64,000 nt of DNA from Candidatus Poribacteria bacterium (GTDB lineage Bacteria > Poribacteria > WGA-4E > WGA-3G): assembly GCA_965198235.1 (NCBI GenBank), contig OZ240248.1, positions 2,987,412 to 3,051,411 of the forward strand, given 5' to 3'. Shown one piece after another: positions 8,992-17,402 of this stretch; the stretch's first letter is position 1; every line of letters begins with the position of its first letter. The position numbers and the translations under genes were made by a program. The notes under the pieces are model-generated. The model was not told the origin of the DNA. It searched no databases and was given only the letters and a program-made list of their open reading frames with translations.

Positions 8992-10575
8992 ATGTTAAAA
9001 TTTGCAGGTGTCGTTCTAAAACCGCATTTGATAAGATTTTTCGCTATTATCTTTTGCCTCAGTATTAGCAGTGCGGTCGCCCAAGAGGCAGCGTCACCGA
9101 TTGCTGTGCCAGTTGCGGCAGCGAGACGCGGGACAATTGTTTCCACAAAGCAGTACACCGGGCATTTAGAACCGCACGCTGAGATGAAGGTATTTGCCAA
9201 TGTTCCGGGGAAAATTGTTGCCCTGAACGCGACCGTTGGGCAAAGTGTGGCGAAAGATGATGTGCTTGCAGAGACGAATTCAAGAGAAGCCGCACTTGCC
9301 GTGATACGTGCAGAATCGGCATTAAGCAGCGCGCAATCCCGATTCACGTTGACGGAAGCAAATGCCCAAGCGAGTGTTGAATCTCAGTTGGCAGTTGCAC
9401 AGGAGACGCTAATGACAGCGCAGTCGAACCTTGTGGAGACGCAATCGCTTGCTGAAATGCGTGTCCGTAATCAACTCGTGCAGGCAGAAGCAGCTTACCA
9501 AGCAGCCGTGGAGACAATTGAAAAATCGAAAACAAATGCAGAACAAGGCTTGGAACGCGCGAGGGTGGAGCGCGAGGGTGCTAAAGCGGATTATGATCGA
9601 AACAAATCGCTCCACGATAAGCAGCTCATCAGTGGTAGCAATTTTGAATCAGTAGAAAAGCGTTTGAGATTGGCAGAAACCCGTTTAGAGGAAGCTCAGG
9701 TTACAGCAAGACAGTTTGAGGAAGGTTCAACGCATCTTTCCGTGGAAAAGGCGAAAGCAGAATTAGCCGTTGCTCGGAAGCTGGTCGAGATCCGCAGTTG
9801 GGAACGCGAGATCGCTTTGGCAGAATCAAAGGTGACTCAGGCACAAGCCAACCTCAACGCGGCGCAGAAACTGGTGGAAGCAAAATCTTGGGAGCGAGAG
9901 ATTGAGATAGCCAGATCGGCAGTGAGTCAAGCCGAAGAACAACTCAAACTCGCCCAAGAACAGGTGAGTGCTGCGACTATTAAATCTCCAATTGATGGCG
10001 TTATTGCCACGCGTCACTTGAACGTAGGGGATTATGCAGGGTCCGCCTCCTCACCTACAGGGAAACCAGTATTTACGGTCATCGGAGTTAAGGTCCTCAA
10101 AGCCATTTGGAGCATGCCTGTCACGGACGCGCGCCGCATTCACAGCGGCGAACTCGTCCTGATTTCTACGGATGCCGGCATTCGGAATATTGTCGGCACA
10201 ATCGATTTTATGAGTCCGACGGTCAACCGTGAAAACAACACAGTGCTTGTCCATGCCAACGTACCGAATTCTGTGGGGACACTCTCTCACAATAGTGGTC
10301 TAAGACCGGGTGGCACAATCACAGTTTCTATAAAAACAGGTGAGCGGAAAAATGTCCAAATGCTTCCGTTGCGTTCAGTCTTGCACATTCAGAATGGAAG
10401 CGGAACCGTCTTTATCGTTGAAGGGAACTCGGCACGCCGGGAACAGGTAAGCGTTGGTGCTGTTTACGGTGGTGAGATAGAGGTTACCGCGAGACTTTTG
10501 AACGGAACATTGGTGATTGTTAGTGAACAACATCGATTACAGGATGGAACGCCGGTGTCTATTGTTCGTGATTAG
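8992..10575 (+). CDS. HlyD-family membrane fusion protein (efflux periplasmic adaptor)
   Basis: ORF 8938-10575. Start at ATG 8992 (membrane anchor). Long coiled-coil hairpin, beta-barrel C-terminus, internal SWEREI duplication. No pump gene adjacent. Confidence 0.8.
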   Translation: MLKFAGVVLKPHLIRFFAIIFCLSISSAVAQEAASPIAVPVAAARRGTIVSTKQYTGHLEPHAEMKVFANVPGKIVALNATVGQSVAKDDVLAETNSREAALAVIRAESALSSAQSRFTLTEANAQASVESQLAVAQETLMTAQSNLVETQSLAEMRVRNQLVQAEAAYQAAVETIEKSKTNAEQGLERARVEREGAKADYDRNKSLHDKQLISGSNFESVEKRLRLAETRLEEAQVTARQFEEGSTHLSVEKAKAELAVARKLVEIRSWEREIALAESKVTQAQANLNAAQKLVEAKSWEREIEIARSAVSQAEEQLKLAQEQVSAATIKSPIDGVIATRHLNVGDYAGSASSPTGKPVFTVIGVKVLKAIWSMPVTDARRIHSGELVLISTDAGIRNIVGTIDFMSPTVNRENNTVLVHANVPNSVGTLSHNSGLRPGGTITVSIKTGERKNVQMLPLRSVLHIQNGSGTVFIVEGNSARREQVSVGAVYGGEIEVTARLLNGTLVIVSEQHRLQDGTPVSIVRD

Positions 10576-10625
10576 TTTTATAGCCTTCATTTCCTGATTG
10601 CAACTATAGCAAATGGATTCTGGGT

Positions 10626-11753
10626 CTATGCCCGATTTAAGGCGTAGACCCGAATCTGTTCCCATTTCCGTTTGGACCGATGCGTCGCAACCCGCCTTTT
10701 AAAGAGTATTTCTTCTTTAAATCCAGCTTCAGCAATTATCGTTTCCAAATTCTCAATTGCCTTGGGTCCTGAAGCATCAGCATATCCCAACAAAACAGTG
10801 CCATCAGGTTTCAGGAAATTTGAGACCTGCGCAAAAAAACGCTTCACCGTTTCCTGTTTCTCATCGTGGATAGCGAGTTCCGCCCGGTTACGCACGCGAG
10901 CAACAACCCACGGCGCGTTGAAAATAATCACGTCAAATTGATGTGATGGAAATGGGTCAAACAGATCCCCAGCGGGCATGACGCGGACAGTGTCTGAATC
11001 TGGCAGGAGGCGTTGAAGGTTTAGTTTCGTTGTCGCGACCGCTTCAGGGAGCAGATCGGATGTGTACAGTTCAGCCTGTTCACCCAATTCCTGCCGTGCC
11101 AACAAGGTCAAACATCCGCTTCCGCACCCGATGTCAGCAGCGGTAGAGGGATCGGATCGACGAACATGTTGGAGTGCCTCCTGAAAGCACTCAATTGTCT
11201 CTTGCGAGCGTGGGGCAAGGACGTTTTCGGAAGCAACGAGAGAGGCGTTGAGGGCACGGATGGGGTAGGTATCCGCCAAAGCATGTTGAATTTGTTGGAT
11301 TTTTGTGAGAGATAGAAGAAAGGGTTTTCCTTGGTTCGCTTCCGCGGGTTCTCCGGCAAGTTCCAACAGATACGGTAGAACAGGCGCGGATTCAGCCTGT
11401 AAAATTCCATCGGCATCCGCCCAACACATCAGTCGCGTTACGGCTTCTCTCAAAGCATCGCTTGCAGATTTCCTGCGCGAATCTCTCCTATCTCGCCGTT
11501 TGGTGTCCCGCTGCGGTTGTTGGATTAAGTCCTGTTTGTGGCGTTGGATATAATCCATCAGTGCCGTAATCTGTTCCCATTTTCCTTCTACAACAGCAAC
11601 GCCGCCGTGTCGGATGTGTGTGAATATCCTATTGAGGTGTCCTAATTCTTGATGCACAAACAGTTTGGCGCGCGCGCGCGCAAAAACCGCATCCCGACAC
11701 TCAGTAGGGACATAGAGTTCACCGATGTTGCTAACGGAATAGAAGGAATTCAT
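10626..11753 (-). CDS. Class I SAM-dependent methyltransferase with N-terminal extension
   Basis: Motif I DIGCGSGCLTL and an NPPY-like motif IV IIFNAPWV (methyltransferase small-domain type). Confidence 0.75.
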   Translation of the reverse strand: MNSFYSVSNIGELYVPTECRDAVFARARAKLFVHQELGHLNRIFTHIRHGGVAVVEGKWEQITALMDYIQRHKQDLIQQPQRDTKRRDRRDSRRKSASDALREAVTRLMCWADADGILQAESAPVLPYLLELAGEPAEANQGKPFLLSLTKIQQIQHALADTYPIRALNASLVASENVLAPRSQETIECFQEALQHVRRSDPSTAADIGCGSGCLTLLARQELGEQAELYTSDLLPEAVATTKLNLQRLLPDSDTVRVMPAGDLFDPFPSHQFDVIIFNAPWVVARVRNRAELAIHDEKQETVKRFFAQVSNFLKPDGTVLLGYADASGPKAIENLETIIAEAGFKEEILFKRRVATHRSKRKWEQIRVYALNRA

Positions 11754-11783
11754 TGTTTAGGGAGATGGACAAGCGTTATGGAG

Positions 11784-12863
11784 CTAAGAAATCGGGACAA
11801 TCTCACCTGTTTTGACCGATTCTGCTTCCTTATAGCAGAGCAGTAGCGCATCCCTCGCGCCGACACCGGACAGTGCCGTCGGTTCGTTTTCCCAGTCGAT
11901 CGCGTCAACGGCGTATTGAAGTTCACCAGTAAAGGCATCAATCGGGTCTACCTCCCCTAAATCGACCTGTTCAACTTCTCCTTCATCGTTCAGAAGTGTC
12001 AGTGGCACTGCGGTAGAGGCTTCACCTGCTAATGTTGAAAAGTCGTAAAGTAGTGTGGCTTTTTCGAGGTAGATTTCAAACCCGTGCGAGAAAGCACGTC
12101 CGCGTTGCGAGACCGCGCCCGACGAACAACTCACGGAAAGTTCCTTATCATTATAAATGTATTGGGTCGTCAAGTAATCGACATAATTGCCGCTGGCGAG
12201 TTTGCCTTGTGAAAAGACCGCATCCGGGACACCGCAGAGCAGTTGAATGAAATGGGTGTCGTGGATGTGCAAATCGATGCCGGGACCGCCACTCTTTTCG
12301 ATGTTGGCAACATCTCGCGACCAACTCGGTTTGGAGATAATGCGCTTGAAGTGAGCACCGAGAAGTTCACCGTATTTTCCCTCTTCCACCACTCGCATAG
12401 CATAAGCGTATTCAGCAAAGAAGGGTAGCACGTGTGCGACCATCAGAAAACATGGGCTTTCATGAGCTGCTTTCCGTTCTACGCCTATCTTTTTTGCGAG
12501 TTCGACGAGTTCATTGGCATCGTCAATAGAGATAGAAATCGGTTTTTCGACGAGGGTATGTTTTCCTGCTTCGAGGGATGCCATACTCACGGGTTTGTGC
12601 AGATGCGTCGGCAGACAAATATCAACCAGTTCAACCTCTTCATCAGCAAGGAGTTCGTCAATCTCGCTGTATTTTCGGACGTTTGAGAGATCTTCCATGC
12701 CACCTCGGGGTCCGAAATTCCCTTGAATGCCCGTCCAATCACCAGCGAGTTTCTTTGGATCTCGTGTGCAGATAGCAACCACTTCGGCACCGGTAATGCG
12801 CTGAATGGCGTAGTAATGAATCATGCCCATAAATCCGATACCGACGATTCCGATTTTTGTCAT
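11784..12863 (-). CDS. Gfo/Idh/MocA family oxidoreductase
   Basis: N-terminal Rossmann MTKIGIVGIGFMGMIHY, EKP motif (LVEKPISIS), typical length. Confidence 0.85.
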   Translation of the reverse strand: MTKIGIVGIGFMGMIHYYAIQRITGAEVVAICTRDPKKLAGDWTGIQGNFGPRGGMEDLSNVRKYSEIDELLADEEVELVDICLPTHLHKPVSMASLEAGKHTLVEKPISISIDDANELVELAKKIGVERKAAHESPCFLMVAHVLPFFAEYAYAMRVVEEGKYGELLGAHFKRIISKPSWSRDVANIEKSGGPGIDLHIHDTHFIQLLCGVPDAVFSQGKLASGNYVDYLTTQYIYNDKELSVSCSSGAVSQRGRAFSHGFEIYLEKATLLYDFSTLAGEASTAVPLTLLNDEGEVEQVDLGEVDPIDAFTGELQYAVDAIDWENEPTALSGVGARDALLLCYKEAESVKTGEIVPIS

Positions 12864-12889
12864 TTCTCTACCTCTATTTGATAGAAGAA

Positions 12890-12929
12890 GGCACAGGTAC
12901 CGGTCCCTTTTAAGGGTGATGCCTGTGCC
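12890..12929 (-). terminator. Hairpin downstream of the LamG gene (possible intrinsic terminator)
   Basis: GGCACAGG ... CCTGTGCC 8-bp stem. On the minus strand it is followed by TTCTTCTAT. There is no clean U-tract. Confidence 0.35.
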
Positions 12930-12954
12930 GTTGAGTCTTTATGCGAGACCGTGT

Positions 12955-13746
12955 TTAGTATGTGCTGGTTCTTGACTTGATACTACCCCACGTCGTTGTT
13001 GCTTTATCGCGAGGTGAGACTGCCAGGAAGCCTTCGTTCATTATCTCGTTGATTTCATCTTCGCTGAGCGCACGCCGCCAGACTGCCGCTTCGTCGATAG
13101 AACCGTTCTCAAAGGTATAATTCGGACGATCTTTAGAGCATCCGATCCTCAAGTCCTGATCGTTGGTCCCTTTGAAATCAAACTTTTCGTCTTTCTCCGC
13201 GGCGACTTCGCCATCAACGTAGACTTTCATGGTTGACCCGTCATAAGTTCCAACGACGTGTTGCCATTTCTTCGTATCCAGTGCATGCGGCACGCTCAGG
13301 GTCGGTCTGTTGTTGCCGGTCCCTAAGAACATGTTAAAATTCTTACCTCCGTTGAAAGCACCGATGCCGTAGGAAGAATGCTCGCCGCCGTTATGGCAGT
13401 TTTTGTCGAACCACTGGGCATCAGTGGCCCAAGAGTCCTGATTGATCCAAGCCGCCATCGTGATTTCACCCGTGATTTTCAGGTCATCGGAGGCTGGTAC
13501 ATTGACACAATCGGGTCCTACGTTTGTAATGCGAATCGCATCCCCGTATTTGCCTTTCACAATTTCGGTATTGGCGATGATATCTGCGTCAAGTCCGTTG
13601 CCAGAATCGTCAACAATCGTTTTACCGTTGACGTTGTCAAACGTGAAGTAAACGACGAGTCCTTCGGCGAGATCTGCCGTGGCGTATCCTACCGCTATAA
13701 ACATCAACGCGCTGAGTAGCATAGCGTAACCAAATAGCTTTTTCAT
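12955..13746 (-). CDS. Secreted LamG-domain protein with TTWGxIK tail
   Basis: Signal peptide MKKLFGYAMLLSALMFIAVGYATA and LamG-type jelly-roll pattern (LVVYFTFDNVNGKT..., ITMAAWIN, IDEAAVWRRALSEDEI). Ends SPRDKATTTWGSIKSRTSTY. GGAGGAG lies before the ATG. Confidence 0.8.
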   Translation of the reverse strand: MKKLFGYAMLLSALMFIAVGYATADLAEGLVVYFTFDNVNGKTIVDDSGNGLDADIIANTEIVKGKYGDAIRITNVGPDCVNVPASDDLKITGEITMAAWINQDSWATDAQWFDKNCHNGGEHSSYGIGAFNGGKNFNMFLGTGNNRPTLSVPHALDTKKWQHVVGTYDGSTMKVYVDGEVAAEKDEKFDFKGTNDQDLRIGCSKDRPNYTFENGSIDEAAVWRRALSEDEINEIMNEGFLAVSPRDKATTTWGSIKSRTSTY

Positions 13747-13813
13747 CCAGTTTCTCCTCCTGTGGAGTCTTCTTACATCAGAAATGCAAATTTGCTTGTT
13801 CGGAAGTAATTAG

Positions 13814-13842
13814 AGTGTATCACGAAAATCGGAAGAATGCAA
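13814..13842 (-). promoter_or_regulatory. Sigma70-like promoter candidate
   Basis: Minus strand reads TTGCAT - 17 nt - (TGA)TACACT, about 65 nt upstream of ATG 13746. Confidence 0.4.
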
Positions 13843-14012
13843 TGCGTTTTTCTTTAGGAATCAGAGGCATTCAATTTTCCATTTATGGAAACTGACCACT
13901 AACGTCCTTGTAATCCTGCAAATCCTGATTCAGACCGCAACCGCCGATGGGGTCTAAGACTCCCTATAATCTGCGAAATCTGCGAAATCCGTGTCATCCG
14001 CGATTCAGACAA

Positions 14013-14816
14013 CTAAAACGCTTTCCGCTTAATATTGCCCCACGTTGTGGCGATCTTATCCTTCGGTGAAACCGCGAGTAAGGAGCTTCGCATAGCACTT
14101 CTAATTTCATCATCACTCAGGGCACGAGCCCATATCGCAACTTCGTCGATGGAACCGCCTTCAAACGCGTACTGTGGTCTATGCTTCGCACAGCCAATCC
14201 GCAAATCTTCGTCATTTATACCATTAAAGCGAAACTGAAATTCGGGCGGGAGGCGTCCAGGTGGGTTGAGGATTTCCCCGTCGAGATAAAATTTTACACT
14301 TGTGCTGTTGCTGGTTGCTACAATATGATGCCACGTTTTATTCTTCATGCTATTCTGAATTATGAAGCGCACTTGGTGTTCGCCGCCTAAGACAACCCCG
14401 ATTCCCGAACTATGGGCATCTTCTTTACTGAAGACTGCCATGCCGTATGAACTGGCTCTGCTATAACATCCTTTATCAAACCATTGAGAAGTGCTTTCCA
14501 TCCAGTTTTCATGGTACACCCATGCCATCATCGTGATCTCTCCACTGATTTCCAAAGCATTTGTGGACGGAATATTCACACAATCTTCAGTCTCGTTAGT
14601 AATGTGGATTGCCTTCCCGTATTTGCCTTTGACAAATTTAGTGTTTTTGATAACCTTGGCATCCAGACCGTTCCCAGATTCATCAAAGATCCGCTTGCCC
14701 TTGACATTGTCGAACGTGAAGTGAACGACAAGATCGTCAGTGAGATCCGCTGTAGCATATCCTACTGACACAAGCACCAGAACAACGAATAAAAGGTAGT
14801 AAAATAGACATCCCAT
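14013..14816 (-). CDS. Secreted LamG-domain protein, tandem paralogue
   Basis: Collinear with 12955-13746 (LVVHFTFDNVKGKR..., ITMMAWVY, IDEVAIWARALSDDEI). Ends SPKDKIATTWGNIKRKAF. Confidence 0.8.
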   Translation of the reverse strand: MGCLFYYLLFVVLVLVSVGYATADLTDDLVVHFTFDNVKGKRIFDESGNGLDAKVIKNTKFVKGKYGKAIHITNETEDCVNIPSTNALEISGEITMMAWVYHENWMESTSQWFDKGCYSRASSYGMAVFSKEDAHSSGIGVVLGGEHQVRFIIQNSMKNKTWHHIVATSNSTSVKFYLDGEILNPPGRLPPEFQFRFNGINDEDLRIGCAKHRPQYAFEGGSIDEVAIWARALSDDEIRSAMRSSLLAVSPKDKIATTWGNIKRKAF

Positions 14817-14908
14817 TTTTGCCCTCTTATATGGTATATGGAAGGTTAAAAATATTAAGGATATTCAATCCTGATTCAGACAATTAACATCCCAAATTAC
14901 CGAGTTGA

Positions 14909-15736
14909 CTAATTAGATGCAAGCACGGCGTTCATAAGTTCTTCCCATCTGCCTTCAAAGTTCTCGCCGAACTCGGTTTCTCCGCCGGTTGCAAGGGGAC
15001 CGCGAAGCATCGGTTTGGCTGTGTTATGCTTCTCCCAGAGCTCCCTACCGCCGAAGTCATTGTGGAGGAAATGAAGGGCAACCCCGGCGCGTTCCTTATC
15101 GGTGAGGTTTGACTTCGTGCAGTGTGCCACGCCGTAACAGAAGAACAGAACGCCACCCGCCTTCAGTTCGATCGGCACAGCGCGTTCTTCGGGCGGATCG
15201 CACCGAATATGGTGATCGCTCAGCGGGTCGCGATAGTGCTCGTAACTCTCCCGATGGCTGCCCGGTATGACATACATACAACCGTTCTCGACGTTTGCAT
15301 CGTGGATAGCGATCCACATCGCAGTGCCTCGTAACGGGTCTGCGATTTTGAAATAGGCATTGTCTTGATGCCAACTCGTACCGATACCGACTTTAGGCGG
15401 TTTCCAGAACGCCTGATCCAGTTCTAACATGAATTCATCTCCGATAAGTTGTTGAACAGCGGAGATGACTTTCGGATGAAAGGGCAACGCTTTGTGCAAG
15501 TCGCTACGGTTGTTGAGCGGAATTACCTGAAGGTTTTGTCGCTCACCCTCATTGTTCCGCTTGGTTCCGTCTGCTTGCACGGCGCAATTGATACCGGTTC
15601 CGTTTTTGAGTTCAGTGTCGTATATCCGTTCTAATTCCAGTCGGAGAGCCTTCGCTTCAACGGGATCGAAAAATCCTTCGATGGTAAGATACCCACTGTT
15701 TCGGAATTGCGCGAGTTGCTTCTCACTCAATTGCAT
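14909..15736 (-). CDS. Phytanoyl-CoA dioxygenase (PhyH) family Fe(II)/2-oxoglutarate oxygenase
   Basis: ORF 14909-15805. Start at MQLSEKQLAQFRNSGYL with AGGTGG upstream. HxD in SWHQDNAY and a distal His in GVALHF. Confidence 0.8.
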   Translation of the reverse strand: MQLSEKQLAQFRNSGYLTIEGFFDPVEAKALRLELERIYDTELKNGTGINCAVQADGTKRNNEGERQNLQVIPLNNRSDLHKALPFHPKVISAVQQLIGDEFMLELDQAFWKPPKVGIGTSWHQDNAYFKIADPLRGTAMWIAIHDANVENGCMYVIPGSHRESYEHYRDPLSDHHIRCDPPEERAVPIELKAGGVLFFCYGVAHCTKSNLTDKERAGVALHFLHNDFGGRELWEKHNTAKPMLRGPLATGGETEFGENFEGRWEELMNAVLASN

Positions 15737-15780
15737 GATTAAAACCACCTTTCTATGTATGATGGCACGACGTGTGCATA

Positions 15781-17193
15781 TTATCTTAATTGCATTTCTG
15801 CGCACGGCACGATAATAGAATCCACCATGCCGTGTAGAATTTTCTTGTCGGCTGGACAGACTGCGGCTTGCATGCCCCCGAGTTTAACGGTGTTACCGAC
15901 GACGAAATAGTATGGACGGAGCAGTGGACGGCACGCCATCTCTTGGACATCGCCAGCGTCGAAGTCGTAATACTGCATCCGTACCCGTTCGGCAGTGTGG
16001 AATTTCTGGAGGACGTGCGGACTTTTCTCGAAATTCTCAAGACTGTTTTCAATAACGGCTTCCCACTCCTCCGTAGGAAGATCGTGTCCGATCGCTACGC
16101 CGCGGCTCCCCCAAGCGAGTTCAGAGAAGCCCGACGGTTTGATAACCAATTCCCGTTGTTTTTGCGTCACGGAGCCGAGCTGCCGCCAATCCGTTACGGC
16201 GTTTCCCTCCACCTCCAAATTGGGAATCACAGCATGCGGTGGTAAAGGACGTGCATCGATAACCCAAGTCTCTGGAATTGCTTGCTGTAGGAATGGGTAG
16301 GTTTTTTTGCCGAGATGCCGTTTCCAGAACGGTTGAAGCGTGGGATGATGGAAAAGCGCGAGGCACAATTTTTCTTCCAAATAGGATTTTGGCGGTGGGG
16401 TCATCACAACGGTGCGTTTCTTCGCACTATAGAACATTAACTCCGCTTTTGGGATATTGGGCAGATCAAACAATTCATAGAAGCGATATAGTACGTCAAC
16501 TTCCATCTTGCCTTCTGTCGTTTCAACAAGTAGCCCATCTTCGGTAAAAATTACCTCGTGCGGTTTGACGGTACGAGTCTCCACCCCTACTTCGCAAAGT
16601 GCCGCGGCAAGCCATACCATCTCCGCCCAATAATCTTCCGATTCGTCTGAAACGACGATTGCGAGTGTAGGATTATCCTTCTTTGCCAGAGCCCGGATCA
16701 TTTCGGCATATCCGTTCACCATCCCGTCGGTGCCGCCGATGATGCTATAGCCGAGTTGTGCGTAGAGCCGCCCTAAGCATCCTGTTGCCCCGATAAATCC
16801 GGGAATTGAGTCGAGTTCGGTAATCGCCATGCCGTCAGTGGTAGGGAGAATGTCGGGACGTAGCACGCCGGGTAATTGGCTCTTAAAACGGTTCATCCGT
16901 CCATACTGGATGACTGTTTCCGGTTTTCCGAGCTCTAAGTACTCAGCCACCCAAGTGGGTTGAATACCCCGCACGCTTTGGGAATAGAGTAGATTGCAGG
17001 CGCGATAGAAATTTAAAAGATGCGTTCCGAGTTCCTCAAACCATCTCAAATCCGATGCGGGAATCCAGAACGGTTCCGGGGAGATGCGCCAAGAGGTGTT
17101 GCAATCTGGATGGACATCCCGTTTTTCTGCTTCAAATAGTTTCGCCTTCGGGATTTCGTCGTTAATAAATAGACATTTCTGTTTGGCATCCAA
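15781..17193 (-). CDS. Conserved hypothetical protein, possibly ATP-grasp-like ligase
   Basis: 470-aa ORF with a TTG start. ELVIKPSGFSELAWGSRGVAIG and LQKF resemble ATP-grasp nucleotide-binding strands. The function is not established. Confidence 0.55.
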   Translation of the reverse strand: MDAKQKCLFINDEIPKAKLFEAEKRDVHPDCNTSWRISPEPFWIPASDLRWFEELGTHLLNFYRACNLLYSQSVRGIQPTWVAEYLELGKPETVIQYGRMNRFKSQLPGVLRPDILPTTDGMAITELDSIPGFIGATGCLGRLYAQLGYSIIGGTDGMVNGYAEMIRALAKKDNPTLAIVVSDESEDYWAEMVWLAAALCEVGVETRTVKPHEVIFTEDGLLVETTEGKMEVDVLYRFYELFDLPNIPKAELMFYSAKKRTVVMTPPPKSYLEEKLCLALFHHPTLQPFWKRHLGKKTYPFLQQAIPETWVIDARPLPPHAVIPNLEVEGNAVTDWRQLGSVTQKQRELVIKPSGFSELAWGSRGVAIGHDLPTEEWEAVIENSLENFEKSPHVLQKFHTAERVRMQYYDFDAGDVQEMACRPLLRPYYFVVGNTVKLGGMQAAVCPADKKILHGMVDSIIVPCAEMQLR

Positions 17194-17373
17194 TTTTTAA
17201 TTATTCCTTGCGGTTCGGTTAGGATAATTGGGTGAATGACGTTACTCGGCGTATATCCGCCTGCGCCGTTGTTGCAGGCTACAATTTTTAATTATTCCTT
17301 GCGGTTCGGTTAGGATAATTGGGTGAATGACGTTGCTCTCCGTATATCCGCCTGCGCCGTTGTTGCAGGCTAC
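17192..17373. repeat. Tandem duplication, 2 x 91 bp (88/91 identical)
   Basis: Units 17192-17282 and 17283-17373. Each holds a GCCTGC..GCAGGC hairpin and, on the minus strand, ACCGAACCGCAAGGAATAATTAAAAATTG. The first unit supplies the TTG start of the 15781-17193 gene. Confidence 0.85.
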
Positions 17374-17402
17374 CATTACCGTATTAAAAGCCTCGTCTGC
17401 TG

